From contig JBHGNT010000012.1 in NCBI GenBank assembly GCA_043228905.1, positions 2,542,001 through 2,606,000 of the forward strand: a DNA stretch of 64,000 nucleotides, read 5' to 3'. A model generated the notes under the pieces. The model was not told the DNA's origin. It made no database searches and saw nothing but the letters and a program-made list of their open reading frames with translations. Source of the DNA: Azolla caroliniana. Its lineage: Eukaryota > Plantae > Polypodiophyta. The position numbers and the translations under genes were made by a program. Shown here one piece after another: positions 1 to 12,267 of the stretch. How positions within the stretch are numbered: position 1 is the first letter of the stretch; each line of letters starts with the position of its first letter.

Positions 1-1
1 A

Positions 2-304
2 TTAGAAGGAAGAGTTAAAGATGGTATTCCACATCTCACTAAAGTTGGCAGATTTGATGTTGATGTGAGTCTTGAAGGTAGTGTTATCTTATGCCGACAA
101 GTTGATCAACCCAGTATGATAGGAAGAGTGGGGAATATACTCGGAGAAGAGAACGTTAATATTAGCTTCATGAGTGTTGGTAGAGTTGCTCCTCGTAAAC
201 ATGCAATCATGGCTATTGGTGTTGACAATGAACCGTCTAAGGGGGTTCTACAGAAGATCGAACAACTGGATGCTGTGGAAGAGCTTGTCTTTCTCAAGCT
301 TTGA
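2..304 (+). CDS. PGDH: 3' end of D-3-phosphoglycerate dehydrogenase (C-terminal ACT domain), partial; gene begins upstream of the window
   Basis: Frame open from base 2: LEGRVKDGIPHLTKVGRFDVDVSLEGSVILCRQVDQPSMIGRVGNILGEENVNISFMSVGRVAPRKHAIMAIGVD...EELVFLKL*, matching the plant PGDH C-terminus. Confidence 0.93.
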   Translation, partial: LEGRVKDGIPHLTKVGRFDVDVSLEGSVILCRQVDQPSMIGRVGNILGEENVNISFMSVGRVAPRKHAIMAIGVDNEPSKGVLQKIEQLDAVEELVFLKL

Positions 305-546
305 GAATCAATCGAGATCAAGAAGGAAATGATATGCAAGTTACTAGTGCGCTCGGCTTTTTTTCATTTTTCATCTTTTTGTTTCTCTAGCTTTGCATAT
401 CTTGGATAATACCCACATACACCCACACCCCATGACTTGCATATCTTCGGCTTTTTCATTGCTCATCTTTTATGATATTTTTCTCTATCTATATGAGTGT
501 TTTCTTTTCCATAATTACCTCTACCTGTCTAATAACCAGCCCAATC

Positions 547-664
547 CATCAAACAATTCACATAAATAACTTCAGGCTTATTTTGCTTTCTTCATTTGAA
601 TTTGGCATCAAACAATTCACATAAATAACTTCAGGCTTGTTTTGCTTTCTTCATTTGAATTTGG
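547..664. repeat. 59-bp tandem duplication downstream of the PGDH stop
   Basis: CATCAAACAATTCACATAAATAACTTCAGGCTT(A/G)TTTTGCTTTCTTCATTTGAATTTGG occurs at 547 and 606. Confidence 0.9.
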
Positions 665-2393
665 AAGCACAATTTTGATACAGGAGAAGCATCATGAACT
701 TGTATCCTATCCTGTTATTTTTTTTCATTTCTTCACTAGCTTTCCTAACTATTTTATGGAGAGATGGGTTGTCTTTTCCAACATGTAAAGATCTCTCGTA
801 TCATATTGTTACTAATATATTGTTTGTCCTTGTAAACTGCTGAGTAGTCAGTTCAGATGTTATTTTCATCTTCTAATTGTTTAAATTTTTCGAGGTTTCA
901 ATCCTCTATTTGTTGAAATCTGTCATGGTGTCTGTCACCTTGTGCAATTCGAAAAAAACGTAACTATTTTGACTAGGCTAGCACATTTGTCAGTGTCTGC
1001 ATAAATGATGTGAGCAAGTTATTTATATGAATGTGAATGAAGTATTTACTGTCTTCCGGCGAATTACTGCACAATACTCGGGACTATGGCTCAGGACCTT
1101 CTCACTAACCCACTAATGTATTTGATGGGTCTGTTGTGCATATTTTGTCTAATCTAACCTCCTTCTTTTGAGACCACCTAGGGGCATCTCAAGAAATGAA
1201 ATGGCTTAGGACAAGAGCACTTGGTGTTTGCTCTCTGGAGAAATAAAGGAAAGTTTCATATGCATGATTCCCAGAAAATGTTCACCTTATGGTCAGCCAT
1301 ATGGGGCCCACTTATTATTTGATGGAAATTATATTACATAGTTTTGACAATATCCAAACCTTGTAGAGGGTGCTGAGGGTACTGACACCGATTTTCCTCA
1401 ATGACAGTGCCGAGGAAACATGTCTTCCATCGTGAACCATTTGACTAATTCGCCTGGTAATAAACAGCTTTGTACATATTGTATATGAAAAATCTATTCC
1501 CCATATAATGAGTTGCTTACTTTACCTTGATAAATCACCACCAGAGAATCATCATTGGGATTCTTAGAACATCATGATTTCACCATCCTGTAGCAACCAA
1601 CCATCATGTTCTTGTATCATTCATTTTCGGTCAACTTTAATGTCTATATGATTGCTGGCATAGGAATTTGGAGCCATTGTCAATGAGCTATACCACTCCA
1701 AGGTATGTAATTTGCCTACCACTACACGCCATACTTCGGCGAATCGTCACACTTAGATCTTGTATTTTGAAGAGCTCAATGTCATGCAAATGATTAATTT
1801 AATTACTTTCATCCAATTGAAGTGTGGCTTGTGAAATTGATTTTAAATTGTATTGTGACTTGCATGGCCCACTACATGATTCCTCCACATTTTTGCAAAT
1901 ATAAACCAAATCTATTGTGCAACATTATTTTTTATTTTGTAAATATGCAAACTATGTGGCAATATTTAGATGCAATAAAACAGTTTTATTACCTAAACAA
2001 TTAAATTGTGAGTAAACACAATATTGCATCCTATTTCAGCATTTATGTTGCCAAATAATCTCATGAGGAAAAATGATAAAAGCTTGGTAGATGTAGAAAA
2101 GGGAAATTAAGGTAACTTAGTTTGTATTTCAGTCTTCTTCTAAATTTTACGGTCTACTTGCCAACGTGGCAATTGTTTATGTTCAAAGACCGTTATAAAG
2201 TTTGGTCACTAATTGTCATTCTTATCAGCTCACTACTAAGAGATCACCGACTTATTGAGGTACCTATCCTAATTGGGCATTCTTCATCCTTGATGACAAG
2301 TATATTGCACCCTCATCTTTTGGGCCAGCCAAAAGTTGTTGGAGATTGGAAAATAGTGGATGTCAAATGTTTATGTTAAATTTTAGTCATTGC

Positions 2394-3102
2394 TAACAAT
2401 GGGCACGGTTTCGGCTCAAACCAAACCGAAGCCGAACCGTTAAGCCATGGTTTAATGGTTCCAAAAAAAATTAATGGTTTGGATTTTCGATAAACAGTTC
2501 GGTTTGGTTTGGTTCTAAAACTCGGGTTTATAGGTTTATAGGTTTGGTTTAAAGGTTTATAGGTTTATAGGTTTTTGGTTAACTTTTGTTTTACCTTAAT
2601 AGTTTATTGATTTAATGGTTTAATTAATGGTTTCTTATTGATTTAATTAATTTAACTGAAATGTTTATTTAATTTAATGGTTCAATTAAAGTTTCTTTTA
2701 TTGATTTAATAAATTTAACTTAAATGCTTTTTTATTTTATTTTATTTTATTTTCCAAAAAGAATGCTTATTTAATCTAATGTATTTTTGTTTATTTAGAT
2801 GTTTAATTAGTTTAATTTAAGTGGTTAGGTTTAAATTTTTTATTAAATGGTTCAGTTTGGTTTCAACTTTTCCCTAAACAATTTGGTTTTAACTATTTCT
2901 TAAATGGTTTGAAACTTTTCCCTAAACGGTTTGGTTTAAATGGTTTGGTTTCAACTATTTCTTAAATGGTTTGGCTTCAATACTGAGAGTTCATAAACGG
3001 TTTGGTTTGGTTTTTGTTTTAATAAACGGTTCGGTTTCAGTTCAGTTTGGTTTCTTTGCCTTGAAACTGAACCAAACCGAAACCACACTGTGCCCATTGC
3101 TA
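2394..3102. mobile_element. Non-autonomous hAT-type element (MITE)
   Basis: TIRs TAACAATGGGCAC / GTGCCCATTGCTA; perfect 8-bp TSD GTCATTGC (2386-2393, 3103-3110); subterminal AAACCG/CGGTTT motif clusters; AT-rich core. Confidence 0.88.
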
Positions 3103-6100
3103 GTCATTGCTTCAAATTATCTAACAAGGGTTTGGATTGCCAAAGGCTAGAATATTGAGATAGATGTCCTACGAAGAAGCAACATAGGACTACAATATGG
3201 TGTTTTCATATATGATCATGCAATCTCATATCAGAAGCAACATTATTGTATTTTGTCTATTTCAATGAATGATTGACAAGCATCTCTTCAAAAAATGAAT
3301 TTAGATTGCTAATATTTTGAGCTCATGTTTTACAATTTATGTATTGCACCAGACTGAGGTCACTTTTATGGCATAGATCTTAACAAAATTGAAAATTTGC
3401 TGTTGTAGATTGAGTGCACAAACATGATTCAATATTTACATCTCTAACACTATAGGTAAAGATAAAAACTGTTGATAAACTATGGAATGCATTATATGCA
3501 TCACATTTCTTCCTATTTTCACGTGTGCTGATCACATTTTCACACTCCAAAAGGAATTAAAATGTTTGGATACTATTCAAGTCAATAGCAGACATAGATG
3601 AACCCAAAATATATCTTTGTATGTACACAAATATCAAGTTGTATTCGTTCAGCTCCCTATATCTTAACTTTTGTTAAAACAGTGTGCTATAATAGCTAAT
3701 GGTTCAAAATTGCAACACGATGACCAACAACTGACCAACAATGGGCAACACACCTCCTGCCTCCACCGACATTCTTCATGTAACCTTCAAATAAAAAGAA
3801 GTTTTAAGCTTCAAAGGTAGATATGAGAATTCCTCCAACGCAACAATCCAGAGATATTCCTTACCAACAATAGAAGGGAGAAAACACCATAATAATAGTT
3901 GCAATTCATTTTCTAATTTTAACATTTGCCTGGACTATTTGGCTAGCTGGTGAGGTTCACTTTCTGTTTTAGCACACAGTCAAAACCTTAATGAAGGCAA
4001 GAGCATTAAATAACAGATAGGGATACATAGACAGGAACTAACAAGGGGCAAAAACAAACCCGAAAGATAAACACTACAACTAGATTTTGTGTGTATAATT
4101 TGTTTTGATACAGAGCTTTGTGCACCATTTGGGAGGTGTGAACCAATGCAATGTTATAACCATTCAAGGAGAAGCATCCTAGATCAATACAATGGAATTT
4201 CAATAGTAGAGAAGGTGATGGCCACTGAAAACAGCCCAAGATAATTTATACTAAATTCACTAGCTTATTCACAGATGAAGTTTTCAAGCTTTATATGAAA
4301 ATGTTTTAATCCTTACTAAGAGTGAATTTATTTTCATATCTTAGGCAATATAGCTTCCAATATAATCCAAAGATCTAAATTGCATATTTAGTAGGACTTT
4401 GCGACACTGGAATTGACAGTACTTGCATTTCTTCAGCATTCCATATCCAATCATAGTGCACAAATTGAATCTCAAAAATTTTATTGGTCAATTAATATAT
4501 TCATCTTGACATTACTTAAGTTCATCAAATTTTGCTAAGGAAAAGTTATCGGCATATTCCCTGTTTTGACTGCTATTATTTATTTATTTATTTTTGTCCC
4601 TATCGAATCCCAAATAAAATCTGATAATATATTCCTTCCCACTCCATGTTTGTACTATTGCCAATGAATTTTGACATTATCTATGCAATAATCCCAAAAC
4701 ATTTGTTCCTATTTCAAGAGTGACCAAAATAGACGATGCATCTTCGCGTCATAAATGTGACCAAAAAACCCTTCACCTCAATAATAAATTTCTTAGTGAA
4801 TTTCCAAATAATGCATGAAGAATTAGAGTCCATGCAATGATCACAAGAAACCCTAACCACAAATTTCACCACATTTTCAAGCTCATAATGCATAGTTCAG
4901 CGAGTAATGAAGGATTCCCCAAACCAAATAAAAAACAACCCTCTAAAAAATGGAACTCACACATCAAGAAAATTACCCCTATGCAGGAGAAACAACCAAA
5001 GAAATACATAGAAAAATATAAAGGCTCAAAATGAAAGATAACCTTATAAAAATCGCACACCTCCGCATAAGAATCACCCACAGTAATGGATATATTATAT
5101 ATAAATACGAGAGAAGAAGGCACAGAATTTATCATGCTTTCATGTTTCCAACAGTATGGATTGTGTTTTCCAGCATTGTAACAATGGTTTCATATAGTGT
5201 ATAACATATAATTCATGCCATGTTGACTTCAGTATGCACTCCATGACCAATAGTGCTTGGTCTACTGCTGTGACAAAATTTTCTATTTCTATTTCGCAGT
5301 GCTTGTAATTTATGAATGTACTTGAGTTCGAAGGATTTTTTTCTTAGCTTGGGTTTTTCCATTTAAAACCATTTGTATTTCCACCAATGACTTCAAGAAA
5401 ACAATTCTGAGTGTTCCCTCATGCACGCCATCTACTAGATTATTTTCATATTGATTCTTTCAATGATTTAGTTTCCATACTGATTCTTTGAAGGATTTAG
5501 TAAGGTCCATCTGCAGGTTATTACTATTAGTGCAATATTTAATATTCTGAATTGCATTCTTAATAAGCAAATTAGAAATTGTTGATGACTTCCTACAAAA
5601 AACTTCATTTAAATTGTAGGGTTTGGGTGAGATTCATTCCTATTTCAAATAAGCCCATCATTTATGTTCTTTCACTTTCCTTTTCATAATACAACTAGTT
5701 TGCATGTTTGTTATGTTTAATCTCGGTTTCAAAAGTTACCATAGCCTTTAATCAGTAGCAATGTCAACCGTGTCCTTGTATAAATCAATCAGATATAATA
5801 CTGGATAAGTTGCAGGTATAGCATCTTCCTATGATTTCTACAGTTCCAAGTAACATCTCCAAAAAATTCAAGCTTTCAATAGCCGGATTTTTAAGTTTCA
5901 ATTTGGAAACACTAAAAAATACTCCTTAGGATGATCGATGGCAAGGCTGCGAATAAAAATATAATATATAACTTAGCTATATGATTGAGGTCATTCCTTA
6001 ATTACAAATGGGTTACTAAGTTTCATATCACACTGGGGAATTCATTTTTTAGGTCAATGTTACAACAAAGCAATCCAACAATAAAACTTCTAAGAAAGCT

Positions 6101-6396
6101 GCAAAACTACACGAATTCTCCTAATAGTTTGCTTTTTATTATCTACCGACAACAGTAATCTTCTAAAGAAATTATTATTTGGTCCACTCATGTTCCTTAC
6201 TAATAAATATGGATCTAAGAATCTATGTAGAATGGTCTTAATAATTTCAAACGGTACATTAACCTAAGAAGCTTTAAATATATTCCCTTTAAAAACCACA
6301 GAAAGCCTAACCCTAACCAGCAAGCCTCAGCATAAAAATAAAGGTTGCCAGTATAAACCAAACTTTAAAAAATACCTGAATCAATTAGCTTTGTCG

Positions 6397-9300
6397 CTAC
6401 AATGCTCCTTGAGAACCACTAACAGATTGTATTCTTTGCAAAAGAGCGGCTGCAAGCTCAAGTGTTGCTTGAAAGCGATTCTTCGACTCATCTGATGAAT
6501 CATTCTGATGCATTATGGCTGTATTAACAACTGATGGTTCTGGTGTTCTTTGCCCCAACAACATTTGTTTCACCAGCATCTGAGCAGCTATTGTTGAGTT
6601 ATCAGAATTTGGCTGAAGATTATTAGCCACTTTCTGCTCCTGAAACATAGAATAAATAGGTTTGCTGAGAAGAGATTCATTTACCCCAGTGTTCTTACTA
6701 CATTACTGTGATGAAAAAAACAGCCAGAAGATTAAAGCCCTAACACATACTTCACTGTCCACAACCTTAACCTAGGACATCAAGATTGACAAGGGAGAAC
6801 CATTGATTTCTATACTGAGAAGCTGTAAAATGCCTCTGGTCAATCCCCAAAGTAGATGAAAATGGGATGAACTGGCTAATAATTGCTCAAATAGCGCATA
6901 CAATTCAGAGAAAGGCGACAGACACCATATAATTACTCAATTAGTACATAAGAGTGTGCCTTGAGACGTGGTTGAACAAGGCCATTTTCGAGACATGTTT
7001 GAAAAATGCCATTTGGGGAAATAAACAAAAACTCAGAGGTATTTTGGAGAGATTCTAAATTATATATTGGTAACCTGCCTGTTCAATTGCACTCAATGGA
7101 CCTGATAAAAGTTTTTGCAAAAAGCTTAATTGATTCTGCATCGAGTTATTGACATTAGACGCAGCTTCATGTGGGGTTACTTCAGAACCTGAAACAGAAG
7201 TAAGACCACCACTTGACAATCCCACAAAATCATCAGGAGTCGCCATATTCCTTTGCATGGTCAAAATTGAAGTTAGCAAGGAGACCAAATCCGGCATATT
7301 CTCTGATTGGTTAGGGAGTCTTCCGGCAGCAAATTTATTCAGAAGACCAGACAAATCTGCAACGTTTGAATATGAATGACTACATTGTTGCTGATAAGCA
7401 TATTCATTTTTCTGTGGATTCACTTGAGGAGTATCGTCTATTCTGTATGGGTTCATGACTAATCCGAAAAGGTAATCTCCATGAAGCTTCAGTACCTTGG
7501 TGGCAAAATCAGATGGAGGAACCAGAAACATTGCAGTTCCATCAACCAAGTTAGCAACTCCGGACCGACATTTATCATGCAGATATGAAACAAAGCTGTA
7601 GTAAGATGGCCTTTCGTCATCTCCATCCGGAATGAAACAGACAACTCTAGAGTCCGATGCTTGATCAAAATGTTGAGCCAATGTATCAAGAGAAGTTCGC
7701 GCAACACAGTTGAGAATCTCCGGTCTGTCAAAACACATTGTTAGCCAACAATGCAGTATTATAGAAAAACAAATTGCTGATCATAATGAAAATCTAAGAA
7801 AACCAAGATAATAGAGGCTTACAAGGGTTCATCAATTCCTTTTCCAACAGGGAAACTTTGAACACGGCAGATGATACTTCCACCTTTGGCAATTGCTCCC
7901 TTCCAGTTGGTCATGGGTGTTTCTGCTAGACTGCCTGGGTGTATAGAGCGGGTTGTGCTATATGTTGGCCGTATAGAATCATCATCCAATCCTCCCACCG
8001 AATAGCTTGACAACCCAATTTTTGCTCTCTTATGTTCCCTTATATTACTATGGTCTTCAATAACAGATGGCCAAGCTCCAAAGTCTCCTAAAGTTGATAA
8101 CCTATTGTTTGAAAATAACTCATTGTTGCCAAAAGGAACACCATGCATATCTGGCACACTACCCATTAACCCACCACCTCCCATTTGTCTACTGTAGCCC
8201 AGAGAAACAGGTCTATTTACATCATGTTGGAATGCAGATTGTCTGCTCGTCACATGCATCATAGAACTGGTGGGCCATTCAACTGAGCTATGAGTCATCC
8301 TAGGTCCAACAACATCTGGGTGTACAAGGGGTCCTCTTTGAAGGATTTGTGGGTAAAACGAACCGTCTCCTTTTGGAATACGCTTGGGAGCACCTTCATT
8401 GCTAGAGAAACGTATCAAAATCCGCGGATCATTAAGAAGTCTACCCTGAAGTCCATCTTTCGCTCGTGTAGCCTCATCAACATTTCTAAATTGAACAAAG
8501 CAGTAACTCCGGTCTGGAAATGTTGTGATCCTCTCCACTTCGCCAAATAAAAGGAATGCCCTTCTTAACCCTTCCTCGTCAACTTTTGAAGGTGGAGGAA
8601 ATCCAATCCATAATGTGTCACTGGGCTCACCCTCCTTGCTCATTTTCTCCTCATTCGTAATCTGAGGAGAGTTCTCATGTCCTGCATGTCCCTGACAAAC
8701 AGAAAAATTGAGCATTTCAACCTCAATCCAGGCAAAAACATAAATACCTTAAATATGTCAGCGTACGACATTTGCAGAACATAAATCGAATGTTCATTTC
8801 CAGAATACAACAAAATTTGACAGACAAATAGCTATGAACCTCGCAGCACATAAAAGAAGCTTATATTACACCGTTTTTAAGATTCAACCTGAAGGCCTCC
8901 TTTGATAAAAACACCTTACTTTTCTAGCCCATTCCAAAAAAATATCAAAGTCGCACTTTGAGCATTAACCCTGACGTCCTGTTTTGTTTTAATGCATTAA
9001 AAAAACATAAAATATTGAGATTTCTTACTCGCTTCACTGGCTGTGACCTCAGGAAATCAACTCGAAGCTCATCACCATGTATAGATTTCTTATTTAACCC
9101 CTTTATAGCAGCACTTGCATCTTGAATGTTTTTAAATTCTGCAAGAGCAGAATTGCGATCTCGTAAGAGCTTAAAATCTTCCAAGGGTCCAAATTTCCTA
9201 AACTCGGCCTCAAGCTTCTCTTTTGTAAGAGATTCACTCACTCCCCATATCCATAAATGCCTGCTTGGTTTAGCCTGGAGCATTCAGATGACATCAAGAA

Positions 9301-10202
9301 CCGTTCCATGAAATGATACAACAAAAATGCATGCAATGTCCTCAATAGATAAGTTGAATCCAAACAAAGAAGCATGGGGAAATTCAAAAGATATACTCGA
9401 GTAGAGATTGCCACTTTTATAGATGACTATACAAGAAAAAGATTAACAAAGCTAAACACTTTACTACAGAGTAATGCTTTGCATAGAATCTATAATGAAT
9501 ACACCAGATGCAATGGAAGATTATAATCACTCGTGAGCTTATGTTCAATCCAAGATTTGTTATGTTAAACATACGACATTTCAGGAACAACTTGTCCACT
9601 AAATATACATAAAAGTGATCAATAACAGATTTTAAAGATAACAGTTAGACAGTGAAAGTTGCAAAAAAGTTCGTACATCTTGTCCACAAAATATACATAA
9701 AAGTGATCACTACCGGATTTTAAAGTTAACAGTTAGTCGGTGAAAGTTGGGGAATAGTTCATTTAATGGCTGTCCATAAAAGGTATTTGTGTACTTATGT
9801 TAAGGTTGAGACCTGTTAGGAGTTTGAAAACATCATGCTCACCGCCTTGGCAAATTCAATTCGTAGAGACTGGCCTTTGACAAGTTTCCCTTGGAGACCA
9901 GATTTAGCTGCTTGAGCATCCTCAAGATCCTTGAACTCGATGAAAGCATAGCTTCGAGAGGGGTATGCTGAGACATTATCAACTGTGCCATACTTGGCAA
10001 AGAGCTGTATAAGGAGAGCCTCTGAAACATCAGCCGAAACATTACCTACCCACAGAAGTCTAGATGACGAAATTCCTGGACGACTTTCTTGTTGTTGCAC
10101 GGTGTTGTCAGATGGCTTCCTAAGATGAGGAGAATCAGCATCTTCTTCTGAAAGCAAACCTCCAGTAGATGGAGAAGCAATCTGTAAAGGATAATAAGCC
10201 AT
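6397..10202 (-). CDS. FPA: FPA-like Spen-family RNA-binding protein (3 RRMs + SPOC). Exons approx. 10202-9843, 9274-9029, 8691-7823, 7724-7075 and a last exon ending at 6397
   Basis: RRM1 LLWVGNV..SRSYAFIEF, RRM2 HLWIWGV, RRM3 DTLWIGFPP..DRSYCFVQF; SPOC WKGAIAKGG..PEILNCVARTSLDTLAQHF..GTAMFLVPPSDF; C-terminal KNRFQATLELAAALLQRIQ like FPA; in-frame GT-AG junctions for the first three introns; acceptor of the last exon unresolved. Confidence 0.85.
9591..9749. repeat. Imperfect ~88-bp-period duplication in FPA intron 1
   Basis: CTTGTCCAC.AAATATACATAAAAGTGATCA...TTTTAAAG.TAACAGTTAG...GTGAAAGTTG occurs twice. Confidence 0.75.
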
Positions 10203-11074
10203 CTGTTAGAGATAGTTCTTGAATGGATTATTCAAACTAACCTACATGGTTCTGTATCTCAGTTTTCCTCTTGCTTTTCCTTTTCCATTTCACTTTTACC
10301 CTCTCCATCTCTTTTACTACCTGCTTCCCTTTTTATCCCGTTTACCTTCCTAGGTAAGGCAAAGGGCACACTTGGTTTGTGATGACTTCCGTGGATTTCT
10401 CAATTCAACCTGAGTGGTTTTGCTTTTTCTCTAGTATTAATGTTCTATTTTCCCCTTTCCTCCCCAGTTTCCTTCCTATTTAAAGAAAGGGGCGGATTCC
10501 TCCATTCAGCCTGAATAGTTTTGCTTTTTCTCTTTGGTCTTTTTTTATTATTATCACTTCTAGATTACTGGTGTAACCCAAGGGATAGAACATTCCTTGC
10601 CGAACATGTTTCCATAGATTTCTCTATACGATCAGAACAGCTTTACTTGTTCGTTTCATTTTGCCCCTTTCTCTTAATCTCATTTCCCTTTTCCTTCTGC
10701 ATATGGCAAGTGCTACATGTGGTTGGATACTCTTCCAGGGATTTTCCTACTCAACATGCATGGTCTTGATATCCAAGTTTCACTTTCCCCTTCCCAGTTT
10801 CCTTTTAACCATTTGCCTTTCTCTTCCTTTTAGGTTAGACTTGTCGTTTCCTTTTGCGTTTCCGTTTCCGTTTCCTAAAACAAGAGGCAAGAAGAGTACT
10901 AACCGTGGAATTGTCTGCAGGAGAGTCCGAGGCAGGAGCAGAAGGGGGAGCAGGAGCAGGAGCAGGAGCAGGAGCGGGGGGGTCATCAGGATCCATGGAT
11001 GGGAGCCAATATAGTTGCACGCCTTTGCTGTTTCAACCGGTGTACACAAAGCTGAGACTAAAGACTAAGAGGAG

Positions 11075-11100
11075 CTCTCTCTCTCTCCCTCTCTATCATG

Positions 11101-11145
<45 letters not shown>

Positions 11146-11183
11146 CTGACTCTCTGTATATTTTCTTCTTCTTCTTCTTCTTC
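11075..11183. repeat. (CT)n and (CTT)n microsatellites upstream of the FPA-like CDS
   Basis: Direct reading. Confidence 0.9.
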
Positions 11184-11396
11184 TGCTGAAGAGACAGGCA
11201 GAGAAGAGGAACAATGGAAAACCTAAGAGTAAGTAAAGAGCAGCAGACAGACTTAGTAATGGCTACTTGTTAATAATTTTATTTTATTATTATTATTATT
11301 ATTATTATTACATACTGATACTACTATATGTACAATGTACATACATGATACTACTACTTATAATGATAATGATAATAATAATTTGAATAAGCAAGC

Positions 11397-12082
11397 AAAT
11401 CGAAAAAGAGACACTTATTCTCTCTCTCTCAGGTCTAGGGTTCGAATCTTTGATCTCCACATTATATCTAGATGTACGTGTGTATGTATGAATGTACATA
11501 CGTATGTATGTTTGTGACGTATATATGTAATGTATGTATGTATGTATGTGGGTATGTATAGATGTGTGTATGTATCATTTCTTCGTAAAGCTCACATATC
11601 GAACTCTCCACATTCTCGTCTCTCACACAACCGACCGACTCTGGCTAAATGCGACCTGACGATTTTGAAGCATACTAGAACATTACGAAGTAACTATGTA
11701 TCGAAAGAGACCCATTGCGATGCTTGTGACACCTCGATCAAATCGAAAAAGAGACACTTATTCTCTCTCTCTCAGGTCTAGGGTTCGAATCTTTGATCTC
11801 CACATTATATCTAGATGTACGTGTGTATGTATGAATGTACATACGTATGTATGTTTGTGACGTATATATGTAATGTATGTATGTATGTATGTGGGTATGT
11901 ATAGATGTGTGTATGTATCATTTCTTCGTAAAGCTCACATATCGAACTCTCCACATTCTCGTCTCTCACACAACCGACCGACTCTGGCTAAATGCGACCT
12001 GACGATTTTGAAGCATACTAGAACATTACGAAGTAACTATGTATCGAAAGAGACCCATTGCGATGCTTGTGACACCTCGATC
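11397..12082. repeat. Near-perfect 343-bp tandem duplication
   Basis: Unit starting AAATCGAAAAAGAGACACTT at 11397 and 11740; identical ORF starts at 11530 and 11873. Confidence 0.92.
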
Positions 12083-12127
12083 AATGTCATTGGTCGGCCT
12101 CAACAAAAGTACGAGCATAGAAACATG

Positions 12128-12219
12128 GTGCGAAAGCGTTCGACAAACCGGCTCAGTCAGATAGCAATAGAAAATGAGAAAAGGTTTAATGGAGAACTTA
12201 ACACTAAGAATACGCGTGG

Positions 12220-12267
<48 letters not shown>

